From: Phoronis australis
Taxonomy: Eukaryota; Animalia; Phoronida
Direction of reading: 5' to 3'
Length of the DNA stretch: 64,000 bases
Assembly (NCBI GenBank): GCA_002633005.1
Contig: NMRA01000081.1
Coordinates: forward strand, 189,625-253,624
A program made the position numbers and the translations under genes. Below the pieces are notes generated by a model that was not told the DNA's origin, ran no database searches, and saw only the letters and a program-made list of their open reading frames with translations. How positions within the stretch are numbered: the stretch's first letter is position 1; the number at the start of each line of letters is the position of its first letter. Shown one piece after another: positions 1-13,217 of the stretch.

Positions 1-3000
1 TGGTGCAGTTTGGATAGAAGGCTTGAGAGTTGTAAATAAATTGTTTGTATTAAAAAATGCACAACGTCCCTTTTTAGAATTTCTTTTCAATCAATCAAAC
101 TAATTTTGTTTCTAAATTAGTGGAAACAAAGGAAAGAGTGTTGCTAACAGATACTACGGAAAATAGTGTGTGGTTCTAACTGTGAGGTTGGTAAATGGCA
201 TGGGGCCTGAAACGAATTTTTATCGGTAAAGATCAGATTTATTTCGCATTTTTTTTTATTTCTTTTCGGATGTTGGACGTGGTACTCCCCCCCCGCCACT
301 CCGAAACATGATTGTCACATATGATGGTTGCAGGTTTCAAGTTAAAGTCATACCTCTAAGAATAATTTATATTGGAGTTTGTTCTACTTTTATGCAAAAG
401 CAAAGATTTTCAAGGAAAAACACGCCCTTATTGAGCTTTTTAGGAAACATATTATTTGTACTATACATGCGTGGCGTTACTGTCGTTCCCATACGGTTTA
501 TTCAGACTCAAATTAAGAGCTCTATAGCTTTGCTAATATGTGGATGACGAGATGAGCGATAGTTTCAGATTCTAGTTAAAGTGTCATGTGATTCCAGTTA
601 TATGTAAACGAATGTATTTCTAAATTTCAAGGATGCTATGATTTAAAATGGCCGTTTTTGTGTGTTTTAATTTCCAGGATCCGTGTTTTTTTTCTGAAAA
701 GATACCCTTTTCCACGATTTTGGTAACCACCAACGCGGTCCTGCATGGTGCCTGAGTGGGGGGAAACGGGCTGTTGGATATTCATAATTCTTACTAGATG
801 TGGAGTTTAGTTTTAAGAAGAATTAAAAGTATTCTCATTTGATTTTCTACGCATTTGTGTTTGACTATGAAGCCACGTCACTGGGTAGAAGGCAAATCGT
901 TTTCAAAGGACTCAATACGTCGTGCATAGTAATGCTGTCGTCATCTTACGTCGGTTTCTTGGTGGTCACCCGGAGTTGAACCAGCATTTCTAGTGTGCCT
1001 ATGTGCCCATTACTGGGCAGCATAACAAAAGATCTGTGTGTTTATCGATTATAACAGTGAGCAACGTGCACACAGACATATAAGTTCACGGTGCCTCTAA
1101 GGATTAGAACCTAGGAGAGAACTGACGGGACGATGATTGTGCAAGTCGAGACCGGTCCCGAGATATTCAATAATAATTGATTAACCTTCTCCCCTTACAA
1201 AACAACTCGTATGACACGAGAGAAAGCGAGTTGGCGCAGGGCTAGTATGGTCGGTGACCAAGGAGTCGAATAGGTGTGCGACTGGCGTCATTGTCGTCTA
1301 CGTTACTGGTGAGTATTTGAGCATCGTTATCAGAACGTATTCTTTTTCAAAACACATACGACAATTTTCAAAATTCTGGTATATCCGCAAGGTAAATATA
1401 TTCCGGCTTTCCGCTGTATCAACTTTATTCTTCCATGTGTAGAGGTCTACTGTAAAGACAGATCTTGGCTTTCCTGCACCACGTCTCTCACGTTTTCTTT
1501 GTGCCTTTGTTCGTTAAGTAAGTGTTGTTGGAGTCTGAATTGAGAACAATTTATCTGACCCGAATTCAATAGACCATGATCTTACTAGCGAGATATAGAT
1601 GCAATGACTGGTAAGCATGTGAGTCATATCGCTACTGAATTAGGGTGTTTCCTGAGCAAACCGGCTTTACCGTGGAGCACTATCGCTACTTTATTGCGCA
1701 AACAACTCGTCAGACAATACAATCTTTTGTGTACCTTACACCCGGAAAAGTTGAGATATTGTGTATTGGGCTATGAGCCCTATTTACTCCTGGGGCTGTC
1801 TTCGTGTTTGCTGTGTTACAAGAGGAGGTTGAGTTACCGTCCGCGTGACACTGTATGGATTTCACATTGAGAGAACACATGTAAGTAAAATATCAAAGAA
1901 AAACACTCAGTTGTTCTGGACTAGGTCACAGTCGAGAATCAGAGTTGTTTTACCACTTTTGAGATCAATGTTTACTGTTCACTAAGCGGTGTTACGTTTT
2001 ATTATTTGTAAATAAACCTGTGTTTGCATGGTGCATAGACGTTACAAACGATTAAACAGGGGGTGAATTTATGCATTGTGAGAAAATTTTATCTTATCTT
2101 TTTCAACGCGGTACAATGGGTCGTTTGAATTTATGAGGTTATAGTTATTCGATGGTTGTCAAACTCACATTCTGATAATGTATATCACCTGAAATACGAC
2201 CTAAAGCACCCAATTTACTTCTTAGCCGAGTGAGCGCGAACAATCGACTTTGCACCAGTCGCTTATAACTGTTACTTGGCTGGCATACATGTAAGTATTG
2301 TTATGTCGCACTGTCTGGGTATATTATTTACCTATACAGTAATTCGCTTCTGACAGGTCAGGAGGCAATCATTTTAGAAATTATATACCTTTACGGTATA
2401 TGCCCCGTACGCCCGCACACGAGCGCATACAAAGACGTGCAGCTTGTCCAGTTATCTTAATCTAATTAAAAATGGCAACGATATGAATTATATGTTATGG
2501 TGGAGGTCAATGAAAGATAGTCTTTAGATAACAGACATGAGAGGAGAATTTGTGGCCATCACGCTCTTACTGCTATATCGACCAGTTTTATATATTACTG
2601 CATTCTAACGCCTTCATCGCACCAGCTTGTTCTGATTACGTTCCAGTCCATCGAAAAACATTAACGGACTGGGGTCGGGTGGAAACCGTAACTTTGACCA
2701 AAACATGCATCCAATGCGACACCGTGCATGGTGCTCTTACTTAGTGCCTCCAATGTTTATTCCGTTCCCGCCCAGTCTTAGTCTGTTGTGTGTGAAAAAG
2801 TTCCCTTAAGAAACGTTTTCTTCCTGCTATCTGAACTGCTCATTATAAACCATGCAAGTCAAGCAGGTAGTTCCCACTACAACAAGATCATTCGAGAAAG
2901 CGACATGTGTAGGCCTATGTCAAACTGTCCAAGAGCCTTCCGTTTTGACTGAATAAAATACTGGCTGCTTCGTATCAGACTCAGAAGATCTCTCAGTTCC

Positions 3001-6000
3001 TTTTAGAAATCAATTGCTATCGTGACTGGTGAGTTTACGAACTCGAGAGTTTAGAACTCACTACCAAGTGACTTGAGTTTTTGTCGAACTTAATCTCTGT
3101 TTCATGTCATTCCTTCCTAGACTATGTATGAGTTTGACCTTCAGAAGTCGTACATACCTAAGCTGTTTGCAGCCCGGGTGCCGGAAATCAACGCGCTCTA
3201 AAACGTAGGCGGTGATATATCAATTTTTCATTGACTATTCTTACTGAGAATAGCGGTTGGAATGAGGTTGCTCAAAAGTGGCCCGCTGTTTCCATACTAG
3301 TCTACCTCGTGCAATGTTTTAAGTGTAGCACTGGCCAATTCGCTTTGAAATTTGCCTGTTATCTCTCAATAAACGAGGTTGCGAGATGCATGGAACCGGA
3401 AGTGTTCATTTATGTCATTTGTGTTTCAAAGTACTTTTGCGCTTTTTACATTTATCCTCACCGAATCTTCCAAAAATGTGTTTGCACATCCAGGATAAAG
3501 CCCTATCGTTTGCGCCCTCTGGCGAGGGCATAGCTGTATTTTACGCTGTTTTGCTGTAATTATTTGATTCTTGGGATTTAAAAACATTGCTACACTCATC
3601 GGGTCTTGAACTATTTCCGAATGAGAGCTAGAAACTCAACTGACAGGCAAAGTGTACTTGTGCAATTTTCGAATCTGTAAATTAAGAGGTAGTCAACGCC
3701 AATTAATTGAAGCATTTTCTTGAGACAGATGGTTTCAAGTTTCTTGCTGGTAACGAAACAGAATCTTTCATGGTAATGACTATTACGAGACCAATTTTAC
3801 GGGAGTAAAAAGTCTGGTTCAACTTTCGTTTTTAACCAGCTTAAGAGAGCAAAATCCAGCATCAAATAAACAATAAAATTGTTCAAATTTGACTATTCCA
3901 TCGATTTTGTTGTGAAGACTTATAAATTCTGGGGACGGGGTCCGCTTCATGAAAAGTGAGTCAAGTCTAAAGAATCCCACTTCACAATTGCCAAATAAAG
4001 GTTTAGCACAACACCGCCTGGAAAACAATTTGTACAAATTTTCTTAATAATTAACAATGGTGGGTATGTTCTCGGTTGTTTTTATTTTGGTAAAGTGAGT
4101 TTAAATCATTTGCAGAAATAGTCGTGTGGGGCACATATGAACAGAAAATACAAATCTTTACGAAAAAACTCTAAAAGTACCTGGTCATCAGGTTGAATTC
4201 TGTTTCAGTGGCAGAGAGCCACTTTCAATATTGCAATTTAATCTGTTTATCGCGCTCCAGGCCTCTTTAAGTTGCTTTTCCTGAAACAGACCCGTGTACA
4301 ATAACAATGAACTAAAACAAATGTAAATGTTCCCATCTGCTCACTGAAAGCAACAAACAGTAGAGCAGTTTCTTCTAATGTTGCGAAGTAAGGACACGCC
4401 AATCATTTTCGTAAAAATAGAAACCAGTCCTTAATTTAGTAAGCAGCTGCATCATGTACTGAAAGGAGAATATGTCAAATGCATATGCTCTCGGCATCGT
4501 ACTTTTAAAGTACTGTTTTTAAAAAGTAGCATTAAAGGTATTATCAATTAATTAAACGAACTGATTGAACTGCACCAAATTCGCAGGGAATGGATATCAG
4601 AGGTTTCACCAAAATGGCTTCCTTCGCATGTGGAGCAGCACTTTTGGGGCCCCATAGACAGGTCGTATCGACGTACCAACCTACAGTAATTTCAAATGCA
4701 ATAGATGGCGCTACCACCAAAACCGGTTTCTACTCGTTAGTTCGTGACCAATATAATATAAACGCAAAGTGTATTTGGAGTATTGTCTACAAGATGTGTG
4801 TCTATCTATGTACTTAAAAAACAAACACTGGTCTTCCAGTATTGACTGAAGAAATCGTATGTATATGTGTGTGTATATTTTATACTGTTTAGATATATAG
4901 CAAAACATAATTATACATATGTCCAACCCGTCATACAAAGCTGTCGGACGTTGGAGTGATGTCAACGCCTCACTGACTGCTAACGTGCAGAGTCGTATTT
5001 TATTACATCCAAGTCGTTTCGTAACGCATGCTTAATTTCAACTAAGCCTTGGAATATAGATACCTCTTTTGAAGGCACGGTACGTACTTTTCCGTGCTTG
5101 TTACCTATACCTTATGTATCGCCATCTGTCGCTCTCGTCCTCCACTGTGAACATATTGTGAGTATTACAGAATTTGCAACACCTTGTGGGGCATTGACTT
5201 GGTTTTTCATTTTGGCGTAAATTGAAAAGATTGCAACGAATCTCCTCGCACTAACTGGTCTCCCAACACACTTAGGTATTTGCTAAGAATCGAAAATATT
5301 TCGTTATTCCATTTTTACCTCCCTATTATGAAGTAAGTGATTATACCTAATTTATAGCATTTACAAACCGTGGATACAGTTTCCGGCAACAGTGTAGCCT
5401 AGCGTTTTCGTCGTTACAGTCAGTGAGCCGTTTTACGTAGCTTTCAAAAAAGTCGATTTATAAATTGTACAACCTGTCGGTATCGTAAATTAAATCCATG
5501 TTTCATATCACGTTTAATCACGTTACATAACTTCATTGGCATTATATCATGATTATGTTCTGTGCACGGGGTCTAATCATTTTACTCGAACTCGAACTTG
5601 AAGTTGTTTTTAACGTTTTCCGTTCTACTTTAGTACGAACTCAAGATAAATATCCGTTATTCTGTACTAAGGTATATTATGTTTTGTATGGATAACTGTT
5701 TCATCTTATTTTGCACCTGATGACCCAAACCTTAAAGTACAATTCGAGTCTTATCTCAAAATTTCAATTTTTTTTGAAATATCGAGTTTCCGTTCAAAGT
5801 TGTAGCTCGAGTCTAGACGTCATTGAGAGCGAATTTGAATTGTGCACTCATTTGCGTAATCCATCATACGTGAGCACAGAATGATAGACAATTATCTTGA
5901 GTTCGTATTAAAGGAGAATAGAAAAAATCAAAAATGTTTTAGTTCAATTTCGAGTAAAACGATTAGATCCCAGGCCGTAATGGCGGTATCCTGAAATATC

Positions 6001-6776
6001 TCACAATATAACTTCGATTCAATGTGAACATTTATTTTGTTTTTTTTTGTCGCATATGCGCTATCCTCGCAATGTTGTTTTAAAAGTTTTATGTTTGTCG
6101 TTTGGCATAAATAGAAACACTTGTAATGTTCTGTTGGCAAATACATTTACAGGCGGCTAGTCCTTACATTTCATGAACAAAGGAAACTTGTTTGCGCTCG
6201 CGAAACATTCCTGTTGTTTTGATTAGTTTACGTATTCGGCATATCCAGAACATTGTTTTTAAGATATTGTCGTAGAAGAATCAATAACGATGAACGTTCT
6301 TTTATTTGTGCGCTGACGCATTTTAAATGTACCGCTGGTCTTGTTATTGCCTGGAAGTAATATAACATAGTGGTGCTACGTATTATTGCTGAAAAGTCCT
6401 CGTTTGTTAACGGAACTTAGCCCTTTCGTCACGTCTATTGTCCTGTATTTATTTTGTTATCAAAAAGGACATTCGGCAGTTCAGTAATTCTATAGGTAAC
6501 ACAAAACGTTATTTGATTAGAATGTGTTTTTTTACCCTAGTGCAACCATTCTACACGGTATACGTTGTTAGTCGCAGCGGGCCACTGCTGCAGTGATAAG
6601 CTGGATGAAAATGTCAAACACAAGGCATACAGGTATTATCGGAAAAACAAGCAAACTAATTAGAGTATTTAGATGTGTGCCTCAGAGTGGTTCTAATCGA
6701 TCGGCAGCAGATTTGTCGTCATATTTCTAAGCAACAAGCAGTGACATATATACGTTATTACCGAGCTGAGAAATAT

Positions 6777-8765
6777 ATGGCGACATACGATGACTATCTG
6801 TTCACGACACAGTCGCGTTCAGGTGTTACAATGCAATCTCGCTCGTCCAAATTTGTTCATTTTAACGAAGATTGTACTTATTATTTTCCAGCAAATGGTG
6901 AACGGACACCCGAAGACCTAGAGAGGTGGACTCAGTCAAGGCGCAGGTTGCACCCTCAACAATTGACACGGCGTCAGCATAGACCTCATGAACTGTCACA
7001 TAGCCAACATATCGGCAGGAGAGAAGGTACAGAGCCAAGGAGCGACGTCCTTCTTCAAAATAGCCAAGTGAGTCGTCGAAAAGAAACTGTTCGTGAACAA
7101 GAGGACTTAGTATACCAGCGAAATCAGCTAAAAAAACGGCAACAACTGAGACTTGAAATTCAACAGCAGAGGGAGCAGCAACGGCACCAACACCAACAGA
7201 AGCAACAGCAGAGAGTACATAGTCGGCAGGAACAGACCCAAGCACAACAAGTCAGTCAACGCCGCCTAAATCAAATACAACAGCAACAACAAGTTCAGCA
7301 ACGAAACAAGGAACACATCGGACGCAATCAACGTCAAACAAAACGGGTGCATCACCAATTCCCTCAAAGCAGAACCAAAATGGCGAGTGTGAACACGTTC
7401 GAGGTGGTTTACTTAGGAAGCGCGGTTTTGTCACAGCAGTCGTCGACAGGTCTTGGTGCCACGCAGAAACCATTGCTGGAACTGTATTCGCATTATCGGA
7501 CATCCGGGACATCGAGAATACAGCGTAAATTTCTGGAAGTGACGCCAGACGGCTACACGTTGTCGTATAAAGAGGATCCAGATGGCAAGATCGTGAACGA
7601 ATCCTATCCGGTTGCCGCCATGCAGTATACCGATGCTGTGAGGTTGAACATTGTAAAAGGGACTGGTAAAAAATTTAAAGCGGCGTTCGAGCCACTTGAT
7701 CCGGAGACAAACATGAACGTGAGTAAGCTGTATTTTAGTTTAGATAAAAAGAAGCATTTTCTTGCCAAAATCGTCCACCCTGCCATATTTGTTAGCGTTT
7801 TGCGACGTGCCGTAGGCCCAAGGGCATTAGATTGTCACGCGTTTGTGTGTTCTACCTCGGAAACAGCCATAAAACTCTCGCGCTCTACCAACTACATCAT
7901 AAGACAATTTCAGAACGAAGATGACGACGATACTACCGTTTTTAAATATAAACCGTACGAGTCAAGCCAACAGCAGGCGGCGCGTCGAGAATTACCACTG
8001 GATCAAATGAATCTCCAACAAGAGTTTTTCATGGAGCCGGTGAATGACAGTTTCTTTGTTTCCGATGATCACCAAAAAAATTTGGCGTCCAGTGACATTT
8101 GGCGCCCTGCCACCAACATGCGTGACCCTGTTGGTGTTAGGGGCGGGGTCGAGATGAATGTACACGGACGCTCCAAGTCTGTAGACTTGGTACACGAGCA
8201 CTATGACTCAAGACTTCACAGGAGGTCTCATACTGCAGTGGAAGGGTTACAAGACAAATCTGATTTCCGTACGGGTCACGATTCCCGTTTGTGGTTCAAT
8301 AATGTTGACAATAATGAAACCGTTGAAGGGTCGTTGATGGAGCGTCCTCGTCCGCTAAACAAGCCCGTCGCTAAAGTACAACCGCACCAGCTTGGTGGCG
8401 TGAAGGTGTTGCCAACACCTGTTGATCTTATAAAGAAAAGGCGGAATAGCGAAACTGACGACTACAATGGGCAAGGAAAACAACCGGTTTACAGATTCGA
8501 GCGACAAGAATTTCGCGGTAGTCAAGCCAGTAATTCTCCCCCGAGGAGGCATTCAACCCACGACAGCAATTGGCACTATGCAACAAAATTGCCTGATTTT
8601 TCCTCGCCTGTAGATCACGAGACAGCTTATGATTCTCCTGAATTCCAAAACAGTGCCGTGAAGGACATGGAAATAGCCTCGGCATTGAAAAATTTACGCA
8701 TGGGTCATGAACAGAATAGATACCGTGGCAATGATTTTGAAAGTTCTCTGGGCTATTTACCTTGA
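6777..8765 (+). CDS. Intronless uncharacterised protein: Gln/Arg-rich N-terminus, PTB/PID-like domain, disordered C-terminus
   Basis: Uninterrupted 696-codon ORF (track start 6675 is GTG; first ATG 6777; strong-context CAAAATGG at 7380). FEVVYLGS...KPLLELY...LDCHAFVC...AIKL resembles the PTB/PID fold (beta1 F.V.YLGS, C-terminal CHAF.C). Ends FESSLGYLP*. Confidence 0.8.
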   Translation: MATYDDYLFTTQSRSGVTMQSRSSKFVHFNEDCTYYFPANGERTPEDLERWTQSRRRLHPQQLTRRQHRPHELSHSQHIGRREGTEPRSDVLLQNSQVSRRKETVREQEDLVYQRNQLKKRQQLRLEIQQQREQQRHQHQQKQQQRVHSRQEQTQAQQVSQRRLNQIQQQQQVQQRNKEHIGRNQRQTKRVHHQFPQSRTKMASVNTFEVVYLGSAVLSQQSSTGLGATQKPLLELYSHYRTSGTSRIQRKFLEVTPDGYTLSYKEDPDGKIVNESYPVAAMQYTDAVRLNIVKGTGKKFKAAFEPLDPETNMNVSKLYFSLDKKKHFLAKIVHPAIFVSVLRRAVGPRALDCHAFVCSTSETAIKLSRSTNYIIRQFQNEDDDDTTVFKYKPYESSQQQAARRELPLDQMNLQQEFFMEPVNDSFFVSDDHQKNLASSDIWRPATNMRDPVGVRGGVEMNVHGRSKSVDLVHEHYDSRLHRRSHTAVEGLQDKSDFRTGHDSRLWFNNVDNNETVEGSLMERPRPLNKPVAKVQPHQLGGVKVLPTPVDLIKKRRNSETDDYNGQGKQPVYRFERQEFRGSQASNSPPRRHSTHDSNWHYATKLPDFSSPVDHETAYDSPEFQNSAVKDMEIASALKNLRMGHEQNRYRGNDFESSLGYLP

Positions 8766-9259
8766 GATGCACTCGTTATAGTCAGTCGAACAGCGTGTGC
8801 CAATTTTGGTGCCACACATTTTGCGAACGGTTTGCGTCTTATAAGTGTCAATTTTATGTTAATAAGCACGGATTTTCACGATTCGTCCTCTACATCAGAA
8901 GGAGTATAACGGAATCTACATTGCAGTAAATGGAGAGACTATTTTGGTATATGTAGCGAGAAATGGACTGCGGGGGCATTTTACGTGGTGCTGGATACCA
9001 TGGAGGTGATGCCCTACGATTACACTTTCCGTCAAATGTTATACAGTCAGTAATTTTTGGTATTGTGCAGTGAATGTCAGACAGTTGTATTTGGACGTTC
9101 AGTAACATTTCTATTCTTCAGAAAACATCTGTCCAAGCAATCCCGATGCCTTGAAATCCCTGTTACCACCATGAGCACTTCGGCGCGTAACGTATCGACG
9201 TCAATAATTCTCATTGTAAATATATAGACGCTGAGGTTGACCAGTAGCGAAATATATCA

Positions 9260-9475
9260 AATAAACACCGAAAAATCACGAACCCCAACTGAGAATCGAA
9301 CCACAGGTCTCTAGATTGCCGGTCTATTGCTCTTACCACTGACATAAGAGTAGGCTGTAAACAGTAAGTGCAGATATTGGGTCATCAGTAGCTCAGTGGT
9401 AAGAGCACTAGACCGGCAATTCAAGAGACGTTTGGTTCGATTCCCACTTAGGTTCCTGGTTTTTCTGTGTTTATT
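9260..9475. mobile_element. Head-to-head inverted pair of tRNA-derived (SINE-like) units
   Basis: Right arm has A-box TAGCTCAGTGG, B-box GGTTCGATTCC and a T-run. Left arm (9260-9342) is an imperfect reverse complement of the right arm (9393-9475), with a ~50 bp spacer. Confidence 0.7.
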
Positions 9476-10485
9476 CAATAATCCTTGTAACTGAGCCAGT
9501 TTAACATGAAGTTGCCACCGTTACCTTACAGTAATATATATTGGCTAAATTTCAATAAGATATCTTCACAGAGATCTTTCATAAAATATGACGCTATTGA
9601 TTATTCTACATTTATTTGATTACATAACATGACAACATATACAAATTTCTTAATTAAAGAAAACATTGAAAGCCTTGAGTATCCCACAGAATGTCAGAAT
9701 GTAATTAATACAAACACTGTACAGTGACATATGCGAGATAATAACCGCGTAATACATTACAACCCAAGCTTTAAGGCACTGGGCCTACACTGTTCATATG
9801 TACCGGTAATTTCCGTAAATGCACCCTGGTGAGAAAAGTGAGATCATGCAACAGCAGCAAAATTACGCCTATGAAAAGCAGATGCTTCGAGTATACCAGA
9901 GACGTTGCAAGCGTAACTGGGCAAAATGGCGATCACTGAAGTGATTGGTCGGTGTGGTTGGAATGTTTATCTCTTGGATTACATTAATGGGTTATGTGTT
10001 GCAATTCGGTGTTTAAGTTCCACAAGAGATTTTCGCCCCAAGTGCAAGCTAACGCAATGCATCCCTGGGTGGTTGTACGACTGAGAAATTTACAATAGGT
10101 GCAAACCAAAAATCTTCTCAGGGTTTTCTTTCGGAAACGAGTGGGCTTTCCTGCAAATTGCAGTGAACAACTCTGGTTTGAGACGCGACTGACGTGAGGA
10201 AGGGAGAACATAACATGGTCTAAGGGGATCTCATATAGCACATTAAGGCATCGTGCAAGACCACTTGTCATTGCGAGTCCTTTGCATAGACGCAAGTTTG
10301 GGTATCTGGGTTGAAGTTGGGTAAGAGAAGGGAGACGAAAAATGGTTTCAAGGTGAGAAAGTTTCCGACTATGGGATGTATTTACGGAAATTTACAGTAT
10401 TGAATGAAAGCCTATGGCAAAATATCAGTTACGTTGCACAATGGGACATAATTTGCACTTAATATGAGGTCCATCTCGGCCGATG

Positions 10486-10726
10486 TTAGTATATAAAAGC
10501 GAAGTTCTTTTTCCTGTAAATGTGTCCAGTTTTCTTCTGAGATTCCCGCCTCTTTTCGAGTAGCACTTCGGAGACCCACTCGCCGTGGACTTCGAACGTG
10601 GCGCGGTGGCGGGGTATGGTGTTATAAAAATAAGTCTCGTAGTTCTGCATGTGCGCCTTGGGTGGATTCGGTGGTATAGTCGGGTTATCGCATTTCACTG
10701 TGTAGGGCAGTCTTTTCGGAACTTGT
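10486..10726 (-). CDS. Uncharacterised Pro/Ser/Thr-rich protein, last coding exon (3/3)
   Basis: Acceptor cgtattattttcag. Phase 2 joins AA|A (Lys) from exon 2. Encodes QVPKRLPYTVKCDNP...YNTIPRHRATFEVHGEWVSE...NFAFIY*. Confidence 0.8.
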
Positions 10727-11041
10727 CTGAAAATAATACGAAAGTGTTAGGGTTAAACACAAACTGTATTTCATCATTTATTAGCTAGAATCGTAAGAGA
10801 TGTTACGGAAGAAAAACAACCCATTTTGGGATTATTTTTAATGGGATAGGCCTCTTGAGGTTATTAGCTTTGACTAGAGCTATAAATCAGCTAAATTCAT
10901 GTGACCCCACTACGTTTACTCGCGGGATTCTTGCGGATGTGTTAACCTGCTTGTAGTAATGAAATATATAAGTATACATAGGTTTCGAAGTCAATAGTAG
11001 CCAATGAAAATAACGAAAATACAACAAGACCCGAAACGTAC

Positions 11042-12074
11042 TTGATACCCAGTGGATTTCCATGCACTTCTACCCTCCATCCATAGGTGTCCAACTGGTC
11101 CTCGTAGTCGGGAGTTGTATACCTATCGTGCTCAACAGGAGTCGCCTCTGGAGTACACGGCACAGGTGGACGCGGACGGTGATCTATGGCAGGTGTTGGG
11201 GTGGGGGTTTTCACGTCAGGTTCCATAGTTGAAAACACGCGCACAATTTCGGGTTCTTCTGGACTAGCCGTTGGAGGTCTCGACCTCGCTGCGCGCGCAG
11301 ATTTTATGCTTCGTTTCGGAGGAGCTGTCTTTTCTCTTCTCACTGTTGCACTCTGAATTCGCGGACGTGACAAATTACAGACGGATCCTGTTTGGCTTAT
11401 AGGACTGTCTCTCATACCCTCAGGTGTAACCACGTGTGCTTCGGGACTAGATACAGGGTCATAGAAATCTTCGTCAGCAAAAGGATGCGTCCCAGCCGCC
11501 TGTCTGGTATCACGATCAACAGTCTTTGGCTCCGGTGTTCGATAGGATTGTCTTGGAGTGTAAAACTCTAATGCAGATTTGAAGTGAACATGAGGCGTAG
11601 CCGTGACATTTTTGTTGTTGTTGGTATCGTGTTTTTCCGACATTTGGACAGGGGTAGCCTGTGTCACCCAACCGTGTTTCCTTGAAGAAGAGGACTTTCT
11701 GTCCGACGTCACAATGTCAGGAGAGGGAGCAACTTCCGCCTTTTCTGGAGTTGGACGATGCGGTCTGTAGGCAGGAGGGCGATATTGGAAATTTGGAGTT
11801 GGTATTTTTCCTGAGAATGAAGCTGGGGTTCTTAGTCCATCAGGCGTAAACGGTTTTCCGATGGAAGTCGAACTACCTTTTCGGTTCACTGCACTTGTCG
11901 TTTTCGGTCGGGGTTGGGAATTGTTCGGTTGGCCGCTCGGAGGCCTCGACAAAACAGTTGACTTGCTCTGCTGAATTCCTGAGCCCTGAATCGAGAGTGC
12001 TGGGGATGCTGGTGAATCAACCAATCTCTTGTCTGTGTACAAGCTTTGCGAGTGTCTAAATAAACACTCTTTGT
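11042..12074 (-). CDS. Uncharacterised Pro/Ser/Thr-rich protein, coding exon 2/3
   Basis: Lies within the long ORF 10942-12042. Acceptor attttattttctttccag, donor AA|GTACGT. Phases 1 and 2 match the flanking exons. Contains RPKTT, RIQSA and RPPTA motifs. Confidence 0.8.
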
Positions 12075-13217
12075 CTGGAAAGAAAATAAAATCATTCTAT
12101 GAAAGTAAATTCATGGTCTAACATTCAGTAAAAATGCTTCCGTGCGTGTGAACAAAAATTTCCAGTAATCTTTCAGGAGGTATTTCATAAGTTTCATCAA
12201 ATGTTACGCTGCCTGTCATTGTGTTTGTTAATGGCTTTTAGCGCGTCTGATTATGAGGATACAGCAACGCTTCAAGTAAACAGTAGCTGATAAGCGCTAA
12301 TAAACGGATAGACTAAGAAACAAGAATCAAGAAAAATTTTACGTACATAAAATACTAAAATATAAGCTTGCATACTGTAATAACATAGATAAAATATGAA
12401 CAGTCTATTACAATTTTGTAAATATATTGGATTATAGAGTCGTAGGTTTTTCTAGGCCTTTCCTTCTCCGACATCACAGACACACTATGATCCCAGTGTG
12501 GGATTAATCTGAAAATTTGATACCGCCGAAGTTTTTTTTTTAATTTATTTCAGTGAATATTTTTGGCGACAAGGCGCCAGGGCGTACAAAGTTCGCTTGC
12601 AGTCTGCATCGTGTTAAAATGACACGTTCTCCAGCTTAGCAGTGCGAAAAAATCAAAATGAAAACTACACCACTTCCGATTCAATCTAAATGGTCTCAAA
12701 AGCTCTCTCGGAGTACCATAACGTGACCTCATTTCCGTTTGCCATAAAGAGCATCCAACGAATTTACAAGTCAAACAAATGTTGGCAGCCCTCCAAAATA
12801 TATTGATCACTTCAGTTCAGCCTCAGGTACCAAATGAATATTGAAATCCATGTCATAGTTGCAAGAAAATATTCAATCCAATTTGATAGACTTGCCTACA
12901 TTTTTTGATTTCATGTTTAAATTTGCATATCGCCACTGTTCACCTGTCAGTGGTAACACTCCTTAACCGAAGCGCTTTGGAGTTAAAAAAACACTCGTCC
13001 GATCTTGAATTGTAAACAGATGAGCTGGCAAGTCGAGTCAAAGGCGTCACTTTCTTAAGTTTCTGGTGTTTTTGATGCAATTGTTGGTTATTAAAAAGGG
13101 GGTGGAGGGTCGGATCAAGGATTTTTTTAAAAAGGTTGTCCAAGTAAACAATTTGAAGATTCTAGGTTTGATGTCACTAAAAGCAAGGAAAAAGGGGGAT
13201 CCAGACACCTAACATAC

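Noticed and set aside
1700-2300. GTAAGT donor-like sites at ~1881 and ~2291 as 5' UTR exons of the PTB-like gene
   Set aside because: No coding signal or matched acceptor could be established from sequence alone.
3505-3535. GCCCTC-TGGC-GAGGGC hairpin as a Helitron 3' end or terminator
   Set aside because: No clear CTRR terminus or matching 5' end, and intrinsic terminators do not apply to eukaryotic Pol II genes.
308-6146. Numerous 60-100 aa ORFs in the first 6 kb (and similar short intronic ORFs elsewhere)
   Set aside because: Their length and composition are what random AT-rich non-coding DNA produces, with no motifs or consistent splice structure.
6675-6776. ORF-track start of the PTB-like gene
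   Set aside because: It is a GTG start, which is unlikely in a eukaryote. The first ATG is at 6777.
9385-9455. Functional tRNA gene
   Set aside because: Acceptor and anticodon stems pair poorly, the loop lacks U33, and it is half of an inverted pair. Treated as a tRNA-derived repeat.
12940-13143. - strand ORF with a GT donor as an extra exon of the 3-exon gene
   Set aside because: Its open frame ends in phase 2 but exon 2 needs phase 1, and the phase-1 frame has a stop. The exon at 13323-13218 fits instead.
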